Shown here: piece after piece, positions 8,773 to 16,444 of the stretch
How positions within the stretch are numbered: the stretch's first letter is position 1
Layout of the letters: each line of letters begins with the position of its first letter
Virus record (IMG/VR): IMGVR_UViG_3300009434_000016
Span: 1 to 35,826 of that record
From: a virus
Lineage: Duplodnaviria; Caudoviricetes
Length of the DNA: 35,826 nt
Direction: 5' to 3' (one strand)
Program-made: the position numbers and the translations under genes
The notes under the pieces: generated by a model
What the model was told of the DNA's origin: nothing
What the model saw: the letters and a program-made list of their open reading frames with translations, nothing else
Database searches by the model: none

Positions 8773-8964
8773 TTATTGGTTTTGTTTCTTAATTCTATCA
8801 TTTTCTTCTTTTATATGCGCTTGTAAAAGAGAAACGTAAATCTGCCTTTCCCAAGGTAACATATTATCGAGTTCTGTTAAGCTATAATTATGGTGTTGCA
8901 TCATAGCAAAATTTGTCTGATAATGATTCAATAGGGAATCATGAGAAAGGCCTATGAGAAAAAA
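8773..8964 (-). CDS. 51: gp51-like C-terminal frame (baseplate hub assembly), probably reached by -1 frameshift from gp26; alternatively a 43-aa ORF from ATG 8904
   Basis: Not in the ORF track; translated by hand as FFLIGLSHDSLLNHYQTNFAMMQHHNYSLTELDNMLPWERQIYVSLLQAHIKEENDRIKKQNQ*. The YSL.EL.NM.PWER motif is typical of gp51-like proteins. Confidence 0.8.
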   Translation of the reverse strand, partial: FFLIGLSHDSLLNHYQTNFAMMQHHNYSLTELDNMLPWERQIYVSLLQAHIKEENDRIKKQNQ

Positions 8965-9653
8965 GATTCAATACCTTCTAATACTGTTTTATTTTCATGG
9001 CCGCATGATTTGCACTTAAACGAGCATGTGTGTTGAAGCTTTTTAACATCTTGAATATACTCTTGAATCTTCTCAAGATGAGAATGAGACAATGAATCGA
9101 TGAAAGCGATTAGTTCTTTTTCGGTTGATTCGCTTGCTGGATATACGCTATCAGCATCATAGATAGATTCGATAGAATATATAAGCAACTGATTAAACGC
9201 CTTTAGCGGATCAGATTTACTAATTTTCTCTGCGTTAAGCATCGATATCTTTTTAAGAACAATACCAATTGAATCAGTGATTTCAATAGTATTATTAACT
9301 TCTTCATCGTCGCTAAGCTTAATCTCCTCAAGGTCGATTTTATTAGCTGTGTATTCATTACATTCTGAGCATTTAATTTTAATCGTAACAGTTTCTCCAA
9401 TGCTTTTAGCGCGAAGCTGTATAAAGAGATATTCAATATCTGATGCTGTACATTCTGATGGATCTAATTTTTCAAATGAACATGCTGAGATGATATCTTT
9501 TATAGTTTTTAGAATCTTATTTTCATCTTCAGATTCTTGAGCGATCATTAATATCTTTTCTTCTTTTACGAGGAACGGTCTAAATTCTATTTCGCTTTTA
9601 AGGGAAGGTACTTCAATCGAGTACGTTGGTGTTTCTAGTTTTGGTAATGCCAT
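8952..9653 (-). CDS. 26: baseplate hub assembly protein gp26-like
   Basis: MALPKLETPTY...FRPFLVKEEKILMIAQES, DIEYLFIQLRAKSIGE, two CxxC motifs (CSEC, CKSC), ending LEGIESFFS. Confidence 0.9.
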   Translation of the reverse strand: MALPKLETPTYSIEVPSLKSEIEFRPFLVKEEKILMIAQESEDENKILKTIKDIISACSFEKLDPSECTASDIEYLFIQLRAKSIGETVTIKIKCSECNEYTANKIDLEEIKLSDDEEVNNTIEITDSIGIVLKKISMLNAEKISKSDPLKAFNQLLIYSIESIYDADSVYPASESTEKELIAFIDSLSHSHLEKIQEYIQDVKKLQHTCSFKCKSCGHENKTVLEGIESFFS

Positions 9654-9694
9654 AATTTTTTAGTTGTTGTTCATTCAGTTATAGTGTAAAAAGG

Positions 9695-9702
9695 TATTTA
9701 TA
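9695..9702 (-). promoter_or_regulatory. T4-type late promoter TATAAATA for gp26
   Basis: Exact consensus on the minus strand, 41 nt upstream of ATG 9653. Confidence 0.75.
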
Positions 9703-9721
9703 CCTCTATTTCCCAAGAGAT

Positions 9722-10318
9722 TTACCCAAACGCCGCACCAAAGTTGATCGGCGCCTGCAAGCCAGCCGTTTCATATGGTGAACGCATTTCTGTCTCAATA
9801 AAATCTTCGTATGTAAATTCAACTGTAACTTGTTGAACACCTCCGTCAGCATTTCCTAACTCAACAGCCTGAACCGAAACTGGAAATGCATTTTTTAGTT
9901 CAACCTTATACGTAATTTGATTTTCGGAATCGAGTTGGTAAATTTCAACAGATCTTTTGTATACGCTGCCATAGTTTAATTTATATGATTCTCTATCAAT
10001 AATTAAATTTGTCCAATCATCAAAGAGTCTTTTAATAAAGAAGTCACTCGTAAGATTAAATACAAATGATATATCCTCATTAATAAACCCCTGTGCAGTT
10101 TTAATATCTTGCCTAAAATATTTCATATCGAATGTCTGTATTTGTCTACCAGGCATCCCGCAAGAGTCGCACATAACGTTCAGATCTCGTAATTCATCAA
10201 GGTTGTTTTTTCTATAAAGACTTTGAGGAGGATTAATGAATACGTTAAATCGATTAGACCTTGCTAATCCGTTACGTTTTCCAATAATTGATTTAAATGT
10301 ATCGATTGTGTTAGTCAT
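9722..10318 (-). CDS. tail tube-fold protein, gp54-like baseplate tail tube initiator
   Basis: GLARSNRFNV, CDSCGMPGRQI, FDDWTNLI, VEIYQLD, YKVELKNAFPVSVQAVEL and VTVEFTYE indicate the gp19/gp54 family. Confidence 0.75.
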   Translation of the reverse strand: MTNTIDTFKSIIGKRNGLARSNRFNVFINPPQSLYRKNNLDELRDLNVMCDSCGMPGRQIQTFDMKYFRQDIKTAQGFINEDISFVFNLTSDFFIKRLFDDWTNLIIDRESYKLNYGSVYKRSVEIYQLDSENQITYKVELKNAFPVSVQAVELGNADGGVQQVTVEFTYEDFIETEMRSPYETAGLQAPINFGAAFG

Positions 10319-10905
10319 TAGATTTTACTTTTAGAATTTTTCCAGACAGATTCTTTATTACCCTTTTTAAATTGTTCAGTCGGTAAAAATATCGCAATTG
10401 CCCATTCTGGTGCCGATACTTCTGCAATTTGTGATTTAATATTTTTTGTGAGATATCTCTTATAACATGGCTTAAACGCACTTGTCTTTGATGATGCCTT
10501 CAGTAGATCATACGACATTTTAAGTCGAGTAGTCTCGTCATACTTAGTATTGGTAGCATAACCTAAGAGTACATCAAAAAACTTTGCTCGTAGACGTGGT
10601 TCTAAGTAGTGTAAATTTAAACCATAAAAACCGCCTGGAGCTTTATCAACCATAATGACAAGAGGAAATTTATCGTAATGTGGTAATGTATCCTTTGTTT
10701 TGGGATCATAAAAATACATGAACATCCGACCAACCAATGGCGTATTCACTCGTTTGAGTTTACTATCTTTTAATAGACTCGCGCGATTGACACGCGTAAT
10801 TGCTGTTACCTTTTCCCTAAACCAACGCAAAGAGCTTTTAGTGTTCTTCCGAATACCAGCACTGGTTGCTTCTTTATTAAACTTATCAAATAGAGATTCT
10901 GCCAT
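10318..10905 (-). CDS. 2: DNA end protector protein gp2
   Basis: GRMFMYFYDPKTKDTLPHYDKFPLV, FYGLNLHYL and KPCYKRYL motifs. Adjacent to gp4. Confidence 0.92.
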   Translation of the reverse strand: MAESLFDKFNKEATSAGIRKNTKSSLRWFREKVTAITRVNRASLLKDSKLKRVNTPLVGRMFMYFYDPKTKDTLPHYDKFPLVIMVDKAPGGFYGLNLHYLEPRLRAKFFDVLLGYATNTKYDETTRLKMSYDLLKASSKTSAFKPCYKRYLTKNIKSQIAEVSAPEWAIAIFLPTEQFKKGNKESVWKNSKSKI

Positions 10906-10910
10906 ATATC

Positions 10911-10918
10911 TATTTATA
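10911..10918 (-). promoter_or_regulatory. late promoter TATAAATA for gp2
   Basis: Minus strand reads TATAAATA-GATAT-ATG. Confidence 0.8.
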
Positions 10919-10921
10919 TAT

Positions 10922-11362
10922 TTATTTTAGTATTTTAATTCCTAAATTTTTTAGAGTATCTTCTGTCCATATTACGAACTCCCATCCTCTGTCAGCGCAG
11001 TATGCTTCAGCTGTTTCCCACTTTGAGGTGTTTTTTATGTATGACATCACTTCAGTAATATATCGTTTAGTCTTTCTTTTCGGCTCTTTAGGAGCTTGAG
11101 TCTGCTTCTTTGGTTTGATCTCAATAAGATATGTCTTATCTTTTGTTACCATTTTAACGTCCATAAAGTATCTGTGCATACGATTATCTGTCTTACACCG
11201 GTATGGTATTATAGTTTCTTCTGATTGCCACTTAATTACCTCTGGATTTGAATCCATAAACTTAAACACCTGCCTCTCCCATAGAGATCTGTATACAACT
11301 TTCGTTGGATCACCATCGTATTTCTTAGGATTTTTTACAGTATATCGTCCTTTGTATGTCAT
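10922..11362 (-). CDS. 4: head completion nuclease gp4 (TnsA-like PD-(D/E)XK fold)
   Basis: YKGRY...NPKKYDGDPTKVVYRSLWE, WQSEE, HRYFMD, LIEIKPKKQT and KWETA...WTE motifs. Confidence 0.93.
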   Translation of the reverse strand: MTYKGRYTVKNPKKYDGDPTKVVYRSLWERQVFKFMDSNPEVIKWQSEETIIPYRCKTDNRMHRYFMDVKMVTKDKTYLIEIKPKKQTQAPKEPKRKTKRYITEVMSYIKNTSKWETAEAYCADRGWEFVIWTEDTLKNLGIKILK

Positions 11363-11370
11363 GTTTTTAT

Positions 11371-11378
11371 TATAAATA
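11371..11378 (+). promoter_or_regulatory. late promoter TATAAATA for the gp48 operon
   Basis: Exact consensus 9 nt before ATG 11388, in the divergent gp4/gp48 spacer. Confidence 0.8.
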
Positions 11379-11387
11379 GAATTACAT

Positions 11388-12356
11388 ATGTTTATACCAC
11401 TGGATAATCAAAATCAAATATTAAGCGGCGCGGGAGATGTCGCACGTAATGAGCAGTTTAAAATCCCTGAAGCTCAGAAACCTGATCCTAAACCGAAGAA
11501 CCAAAACGTCGCCCCTCTTATTTATCCGCCAGATATGAGAGGCGATAATCGCCGGCCATGTATAGTGTTTTGCGCGCATGAACGTACATTGTCTGGCGTA
11601 ACCAATCAGCACCGCATTTGGTTTCCTGCACCAGGCAGTTTGGCATTTGGAGATAGCGCAGATTTTGCACAAACAGATTTGGGTATAGGTGGTACGGCAG
11701 CCGCGGGGTTAGCAGGTTTATTTTCAGGCGATGGAAGTTTCACCGACAAAGTAACACAGAAGGTTAAGAATGCTTCTAGTATACAGGGTATTCAGGCCGC
11801 GGTGATAGCATCATCAGCTGTGCCAGACGGACTTCAAACAGCGGTTAATCTCGGGCAAGGGCAAGTGATTAATCCAAATACAAACACAACTTTTAATAAA
11901 AACGGAGTAAGACAATTTGGGTTTAAGTTTCATATGTCTGCACGAGATGAAAAAGAATCAGTGCTAATCAGAGATATTCAATCGAAGTTTAGACACTTTA
12001 CTTATGCTGATCGAGGTGGACCAAATAGCGCTATTACTCTTGAGTACCCTCCGGTATGGACAATTAAATTTATGAATATGAATGTTGGTGGAGGCGAAGA
12101 GAATAAGTTTATCCCACGAATATACTCATGCTATTGTACATCTGTAAATACAACATATAATTCGACTGGTAATATTTATTTTTCAGATAACGCTCCTCTT
12201 GAATGCGAGATTGAATTACAGTTCACTGAAACTCGGGCCTTAAATAGAAAAGATTTAGATACTATGGAGAAAGCTCAACTCGGAGATGAGAGAGGAATTG
12301 CTGGCGGAAGGCCAGTTTTTCATGGGTCAGAACCAGCACCAATTACAGAAAAATAA
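11388..12356 (+). CDS. 48: baseplate tail tube cap gp48-like
   Basis: INPNTNTTF...RQFGFKFHMSARDEKES..I..I...FR, LEYPPVWTIKF and CYCTSVNTTY...IELQFTE. Precedes gp53. Confidence 0.82.
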   Translation: MFIPLDNQNQILSGAGDVARNEQFKIPEAQKPDPKPKNQNVAPLIYPPDMRGDNRRPCIVFCAHERTLSGVTNQHRIWFPAPGSLAFGDSADFAQTDLGIGGTAAAGLAGLFSGDGSFTDKVTQKVKNASSIQGIQAAVIASSAVPDGLQTAVNLGQGQVINPNTNTTFNKNGVRQFGFKFHMSARDEKESVLIRDIQSKFRHFTYADRGGPNSAITLEYPPVWTIKFMNMNVGGGEENKFIPRIYSCYCTSVNTTYNSTGNIYFSDNAPLECEIELQFTETRALNRKDLDTMEKAQLGDERGIAGGRPVFHGSEPAPITEK

Positions 12357-12358
12357 TT

Positions 12359-13531
12359 ATGTCATTCTTTTCTCAATTCCCTAAGGTAGCATACGATATT
12401 AATGCAAATGGCGTTAAGACTGATTTAGTTGATATGTTCAGACACGTTGATGTACGTGATAAGCTTATCGATAATGTTTCTACATATACATACTATGAAA
12501 TCAGTAATGGAGAACGTCCTGATGTTGTTTCGACTCGTTTATATAAAACTCCTGATTATTATTGGACATTCTTTGTCGTCAACGAAACACTTAAACAAGG
12601 ACTAAACTCGTGGCCTAATACTTCTCGCTCTTTTGATTTAATGTTAGAGCAAGACTATTCGAAATATTCTGTCCTTGTTTTTATTCCTCGGCAATATCCT
12701 GTTGCTCGTAAATACGAAAATTCCTTTGAAATGACAAATTATTTCGGTGGATTGGATTTAGACAACGAAAATATTAGAATACGGTCGCGCGATGGTGGTG
12801 AAGAAGTACAAGCAGAGATATTAAAGTTTGATGATCAACGGTTCCAGCTTTGGATAAATGATATTACTAATAAAGGAAAATTTGCAAATAACAGAGAATG
12901 GCATATAGAGTATATTAAGAATCCTTATTTAGACGGTCAGAAACATATACAATTTGAAGCGGAAAGAACTGAGTGGACAAAAAAAGCACTTAAATGGGTA
13001 CAATTAAATCAAACTACTACTTATTATGAATTCTTAAGAGATATAGAAAATAAGCAAGGGTTAGTAATCGGAAGTACTGCATATTACGAACATTTCCTAG
13101 AAAAATATTTCCAAAAAATAGAATTCATTTCTCATAGATTCTTTGAGAGTTCATATAATGCTCCAGCGTACTTTATTGATAATGAATATGAAGGAGATAA
13201 GTCAACTGCTTTCGATGCGTACTCACGTGTATTTAATATTAATGATGTTGAGCTTGAGGGGGAATATTTTAGGGGTGATATAGATATTAATGTGGCACCA
13301 ACTCGAATCGATGGATTTGATCAAAGCGAAATGGTAGAATATAACCAGATCAGTAGGCAGAGGAGATATATTCCAAGCTTTGTTGAATCATACTATGCTG
13401 AACAAGCTAAATTTGTATCTATAAAGGAAGATCTTGAAGAAAAAGATTTTGAGGCACGGAAGATTCGAGTAATCAGAGAAGAACACATCGATGATTTCGT
13501 TGCAGCATATCAAGAGAAACTAACAAAATAA
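12359..13531 (+). CDS. 53: baseplate wedge protein gp53-like, enlarged (390 aa)
   Basis: MSFFSQFPKVAYD, YEISNGERPDVVSTRLYKTPDYYWTFFVVN...WP, and C-terminal RKIRVIR. Confidence 0.88.
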   Translation: MSFFSQFPKVAYDINANGVKTDLVDMFRHVDVRDKLIDNVSTYTYYEISNGERPDVVSTRLYKTPDYYWTFFVVNETLKQGLNSWPNTSRSFDLMLEQDYSKYSVLVFIPRQYPVARKYENSFEMTNYFGGLDLDNENIRIRSRDGGEEVQAEILKFDDQRFQLWINDITNKGKFANNREWHIEYIKNPYLDGQKHIQFEAERTEWTKKALKWVQLNQTTTYYEFLRDIENKQGLVIGSTAYYEHFLEKYFQKIEFISHRFFESSYNAPAYFIDNEYEGDKSTAFDAYSRVFNINDVELEGEYFRGDIDINVAPTRIDGFDQSEMVEYNQISRQRRYIPSFVESYYAEQAKFVSIKEDLEEKDFEARKIRVIREEHIDDFVAAYQEKLTK

Positions 13532-14893
13532 ATGGGAACACAAAGGGCAAATTTTGGGAGAAATTCATCATTATCTCCAGGAGCATATAATTTAGAGACA
13601 GTAGAAATAACTACGCATGACGGTAAAAAATATGATATCGAAAACATTGTTGTTAAGCTTAACATTACAGAATCTCTCTATTCTCCAAACATTCTTGCTA
13701 ATATCAGTATAAAGGATTCAGCAAATTTCTTTGAAAGTTCTCCGTTGATTGGTCAAGAAAAGATTCAGATTATAATATCTACTAATCCGAATACAAACGG
13801 TAATATTAAAGAAAGAAAGATTTCACTTGATTTTGTTGTTACAGAGTATCCTCTATATGCGAGCGCTGAAGAAGAACATATTAATGTCTATACAATAAAT
13901 TGTGTATCAGAGCATGCATATTATTCGAAACTGAAGAAGATATCTAGAGCTTTTACCAATAACACAGATAAAGAAATCGAAAGAATCATTAAAGAGGATT
14001 TGCAGTTTGCTGGTAGCATTGTAGTAGATGGAGAAACTATTTCGCGGGCGAAGGGAATTATTAATTGGCAGACTCCTCTAGAGGCAATTGAATGGCTAAG
14101 AAAAAAGACATACGATGGAAATCATTCTCCATTTTTCTTTTATCATACTCTCGATAATACTATCCATTTATCATCGCTCCATAATTTATTAACTGCTGAA
14201 GAATATCACACATACCACGATCACAGAGAATTTAATCAACTTCCTTATACTAAAGAAGACTATGATCAAAGAGTATCGCGTATTCTCAGTGTTACATCCA
14301 ATCTTAAATTTGGAAAGGTTTATCAAGGAATCAACGGAGGATGGGCATCAGAAAACAATTATTTAGACTATTCGCGGAAGACATATACAAAATATGATTA
14401 TAACTATGATAGGGATTTTAAGCAAAATCTTACTCTAAATAAAAAAATCCCGCTTTCTGCAACATTTGATGTAAATGGAGAGAAATTAAACCTTATGCCT
14501 AAGTCGCATCTTGAGCACACATCAGTTAACAACTTGGCCTTTTCTGAAGATGGAAAGGATATGAATTATAATACCCTTCAAGAAAATACGCATGGTAAAA
14601 CTCGTTCAATTGAAGAAGCTCTTGAAACTGCATCGCATGATATAAAACTTTTTGGTGATTTTAAATTGAATCCTGGTACAGTGATTAATTTAAAATTCCC
14701 TAAATCGATTGATCCAGTTGGTATGAAAAAATTCCTCGCGAACATGAAGAATAAATCACAAACAGATAGAGATTTGATTGACCAACACCTCTCTGGTAGG
14801 CATTTAATTACTTCTGTAAATCATGTCTTTGATGGTGGTGAATATTTCTCAGAATTGCGGGTAAAGAAAGACTCCTTTAATATTGAACTATAA
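13532..14893 (+). CDS. baseplate hub protein, gp27-like
   Basis: LNITESLYSP...ISIKDSANFFESSPLIGQEKI, PLEAIEWL, FFFY, GDFKLNPGTVINL and LSGRHLITSVNH. Located between gp53 and gp5. Confidence 0.7.
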   Translation: MGTQRANFGRNSSLSPGAYNLETVEITTHDGKKYDIENIVVKLNITESLYSPNILANISIKDSANFFESSPLIGQEKIQIIISTNPNTNGNIKERKISLDFVVTEYPLYASAEEEHINVYTINCVSEHAYYSKLKKISRAFTNNTDKEIERIIKEDLQFAGSIVVDGETISRAKGIINWQTPLEAIEWLRKKTYDGNHSPFFFYHTLDNTIHLSSLHNLLTAEEYHTYHDHREFNQLPYTKEDYDQRVSRILSVTSNLKFGKVYQGINGGWASENNYLDYSRKTYTKYDYNYDRDFKQNLTLNKKIPLSATFDVNGEKLNLMPKSHLEHTSVNNLAFSEDGKDMNYNTLQENTHGKTRSIEEALETASHDIKLFGDFKLNPGTVINLKFPKSIDPVGMKKFLANMKNKSQTDRDLIDQHLSGRHLITSVNHVFDGGEYFSELRVKKDSFNIEL

Positions 14894-14896
14894 ATA
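14889..14896 (+). promoter_or_regulatory. late promoter TATAAATA for gp5
   Basis: TATAAATA-AATT-ATG; overlaps the upstream stop codon. Confidence 0.75.
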
Positions 14897-14900
14897 AATT

Positions 14901-15995
14901 ATGAATCCTGAAAATTTTATTAATAACGGTGGTGGATTTGCATGGTTCACAGGTGTGATTGAAGACATTGATGATCCTATGGAGATGGGAAGATATCGCG
15001 TAAGATGTTTTGGATATCATAACGAAGACAAAACTGAAGGTAAGGGTATTCAAACAGAAGATTTGCCGTGGGCCATGACAATGTTGCCTGTTACATCAGC
15101 TTCAATTTCAGGTGTTGGTCAGTCAGCAACAGGATTGTTACGTGGTACATGGGTAATTGGCTTCTTTCGAGATAGTATTAATGCTCAGGATCCAGTTATT
15201 ATGGGATCTATCCCATCTATTACATCACGTCCAACTGATTATAGTAAAGGTTTTTCTGATCCGTCTAAACGATATCCAAGTAATAAGAAAAATTCTAAAT
15301 TTGCTGGAAAACTTGTCAAAAAAGACCCAGATAATGAAAAAGAAAAAGGCGAAGATATGGGATTACATCTTAATATGCCTGACACCCCAAGATCTGCACA
15401 AGTCAAAGAAGAAAAATATAAAGAAGGATTTAGTTACGATAAGAAAAAATCTTTACGAAAGTTATATGATAAAGTTCCTACTGCACTCGGCCGTGTAAAT
15501 AATAATTGGAAGTTCCCTGTTCTTGATGATGTGATGAAACCAACATATCCTCAGAACCATGTTACTGCCTATGAGCGAGCCAATGATGCTGATGAAGCAG
15601 CACACATTGTTGAGTATGATGTAACTCCAGGCAAAGAAAGAATATCTACAATCCACAGAACTGGTACATATGAAGAAGTTACTCCAGTCGGTGATAAGAC
15701 TTCAGTCATTGTCGGTAATAACTTTCAGGTCATTGTAAAAGATAATAACGTGAACATTAAGGGAAACTGCAATTTAACAATTGATGCTAACTGCACAACA
15801 TTTATTAAAGGAAACTGGGATATTCGTGTAAATGGTAATGTAACTGAAAGTATCGGAGGTTGGAGAAAGATCGATGTCGGCCTAGAGCAGGTAGAACATA
15901 TCGGGTCATCTCTGTTACAGACTACTGGTGGACCATGTACAGAAAAATATGGTGGAAATCAAGTGACTACTGCGCCTAATATCTTCCTCAATTAA
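14901..15995 (+). CDS. 5: baseplate central spike gp5 (OB-fold plus beta-helix, no lysozyme domain)
   Basis: WFTGVIEDIDDPMEMGRYRVRCFGYH, LPWA, GTWVIGFFRD...QDPVIMGSIP, YPQNHV, EYDVTPGKERI...HRTGTYEE, and VxGN-type beta-helix repeats. Confidence 0.93.
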   Translation: MNPENFINNGGGFAWFTGVIEDIDDPMEMGRYRVRCFGYHNEDKTEGKGIQTEDLPWAMTMLPVTSASISGVGQSATGLLRGTWVIGFFRDSINAQDPVIMGSIPSITSRPTDYSKGFSDPSKRYPSNKKNSKFAGKLVKKDPDNEKEKGEDMGLHLNMPDTPRSAQVKEEKYKEGFSYDKKKSLRKLYDKVPTALGRVNNNWKFPVLDDVMKPTYPQNHVTAYERANDADEAAHIVEYDVTPGKERISTIHRTGTYEEVTPVGDKTSVIVGNNFQVIVKDNNVNIKGNCNLTIDANCTTFIKGNWDIRVNGNVTESIGGWRKIDVGLEQVEHIGSSLLQTTGGPCTEKYGGNQVTTAPNIFLN

Positions 15996-16003
15996 TATAA
16001 ATA
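15996..16003 (+). promoter_or_regulatory. late promoter TATAAATA for gp25
   Basis: TATAAATA-GGTTAT-ATG. Confidence 0.8.
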
Positions 16004-16009
16004 GGTTAT

Positions 16010-16444
16010 ATGTCAAGGCAACTATCAGATAAAAATCCAGCGCCAAATAAGGTTGCGATGCAGCAATTGTATAAGGATTTCCCTATATTTTTTAAAGACG
16101 TGCACCCAGTTAAAAAGGATATACCAGCAGTTGTAGATTTAGAAGCTGTTAAGTCTGCCGTTAAGAATTTAATACTAACAAACTTTTTTGAGAGACCATT
16201 TCATCCTGAAATCGGATCCAATGCGGCTGCGATGTTATTTGAACCAGCAGATAACTTTACCGCGATGGCAATTAAGGAAGAAATACTATTTGTATTAAAA
16301 AAATTCGAACCAAGAACAAATGATCATGTAGTTGAAGTTACAGACAATTCTGATAGGAACTTATATGAAATTACAATTGGATTCAATGTTATATTCTCTC
16401 CAAAAAGAGAGGAAATTAGTTTTTACTTACAACGATTACGATAA
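16010..16444 (+). CDS. 25: baseplate wedge subunit gp25
   Basis: AVKSAVKNLILTNFFERPFHPEIGS...LFEP and FEPR motifs. Confidence 0.93.
   Translation: MSRQLSDKNPAPNKVAMQQLYKDFPIFFKDVHPVKKDIPAVVDLEAVKSAVKNLILTNFFERPFHPEIGSNAAAMLFEPADNFTAMAIKEEILFVLKKFEPRTNDHVVEVTDNSDRNLYEITIGFNVIFSPKREEISFYLQRLR

Noticed and set aside
8931-8954. Amber readthrough of the gp26 TAG as the route to gp51
   Set aside because: In-frame readthrough gives only AFLMIPY and then TGA; the gp51-like sequence is in the -1 frame.
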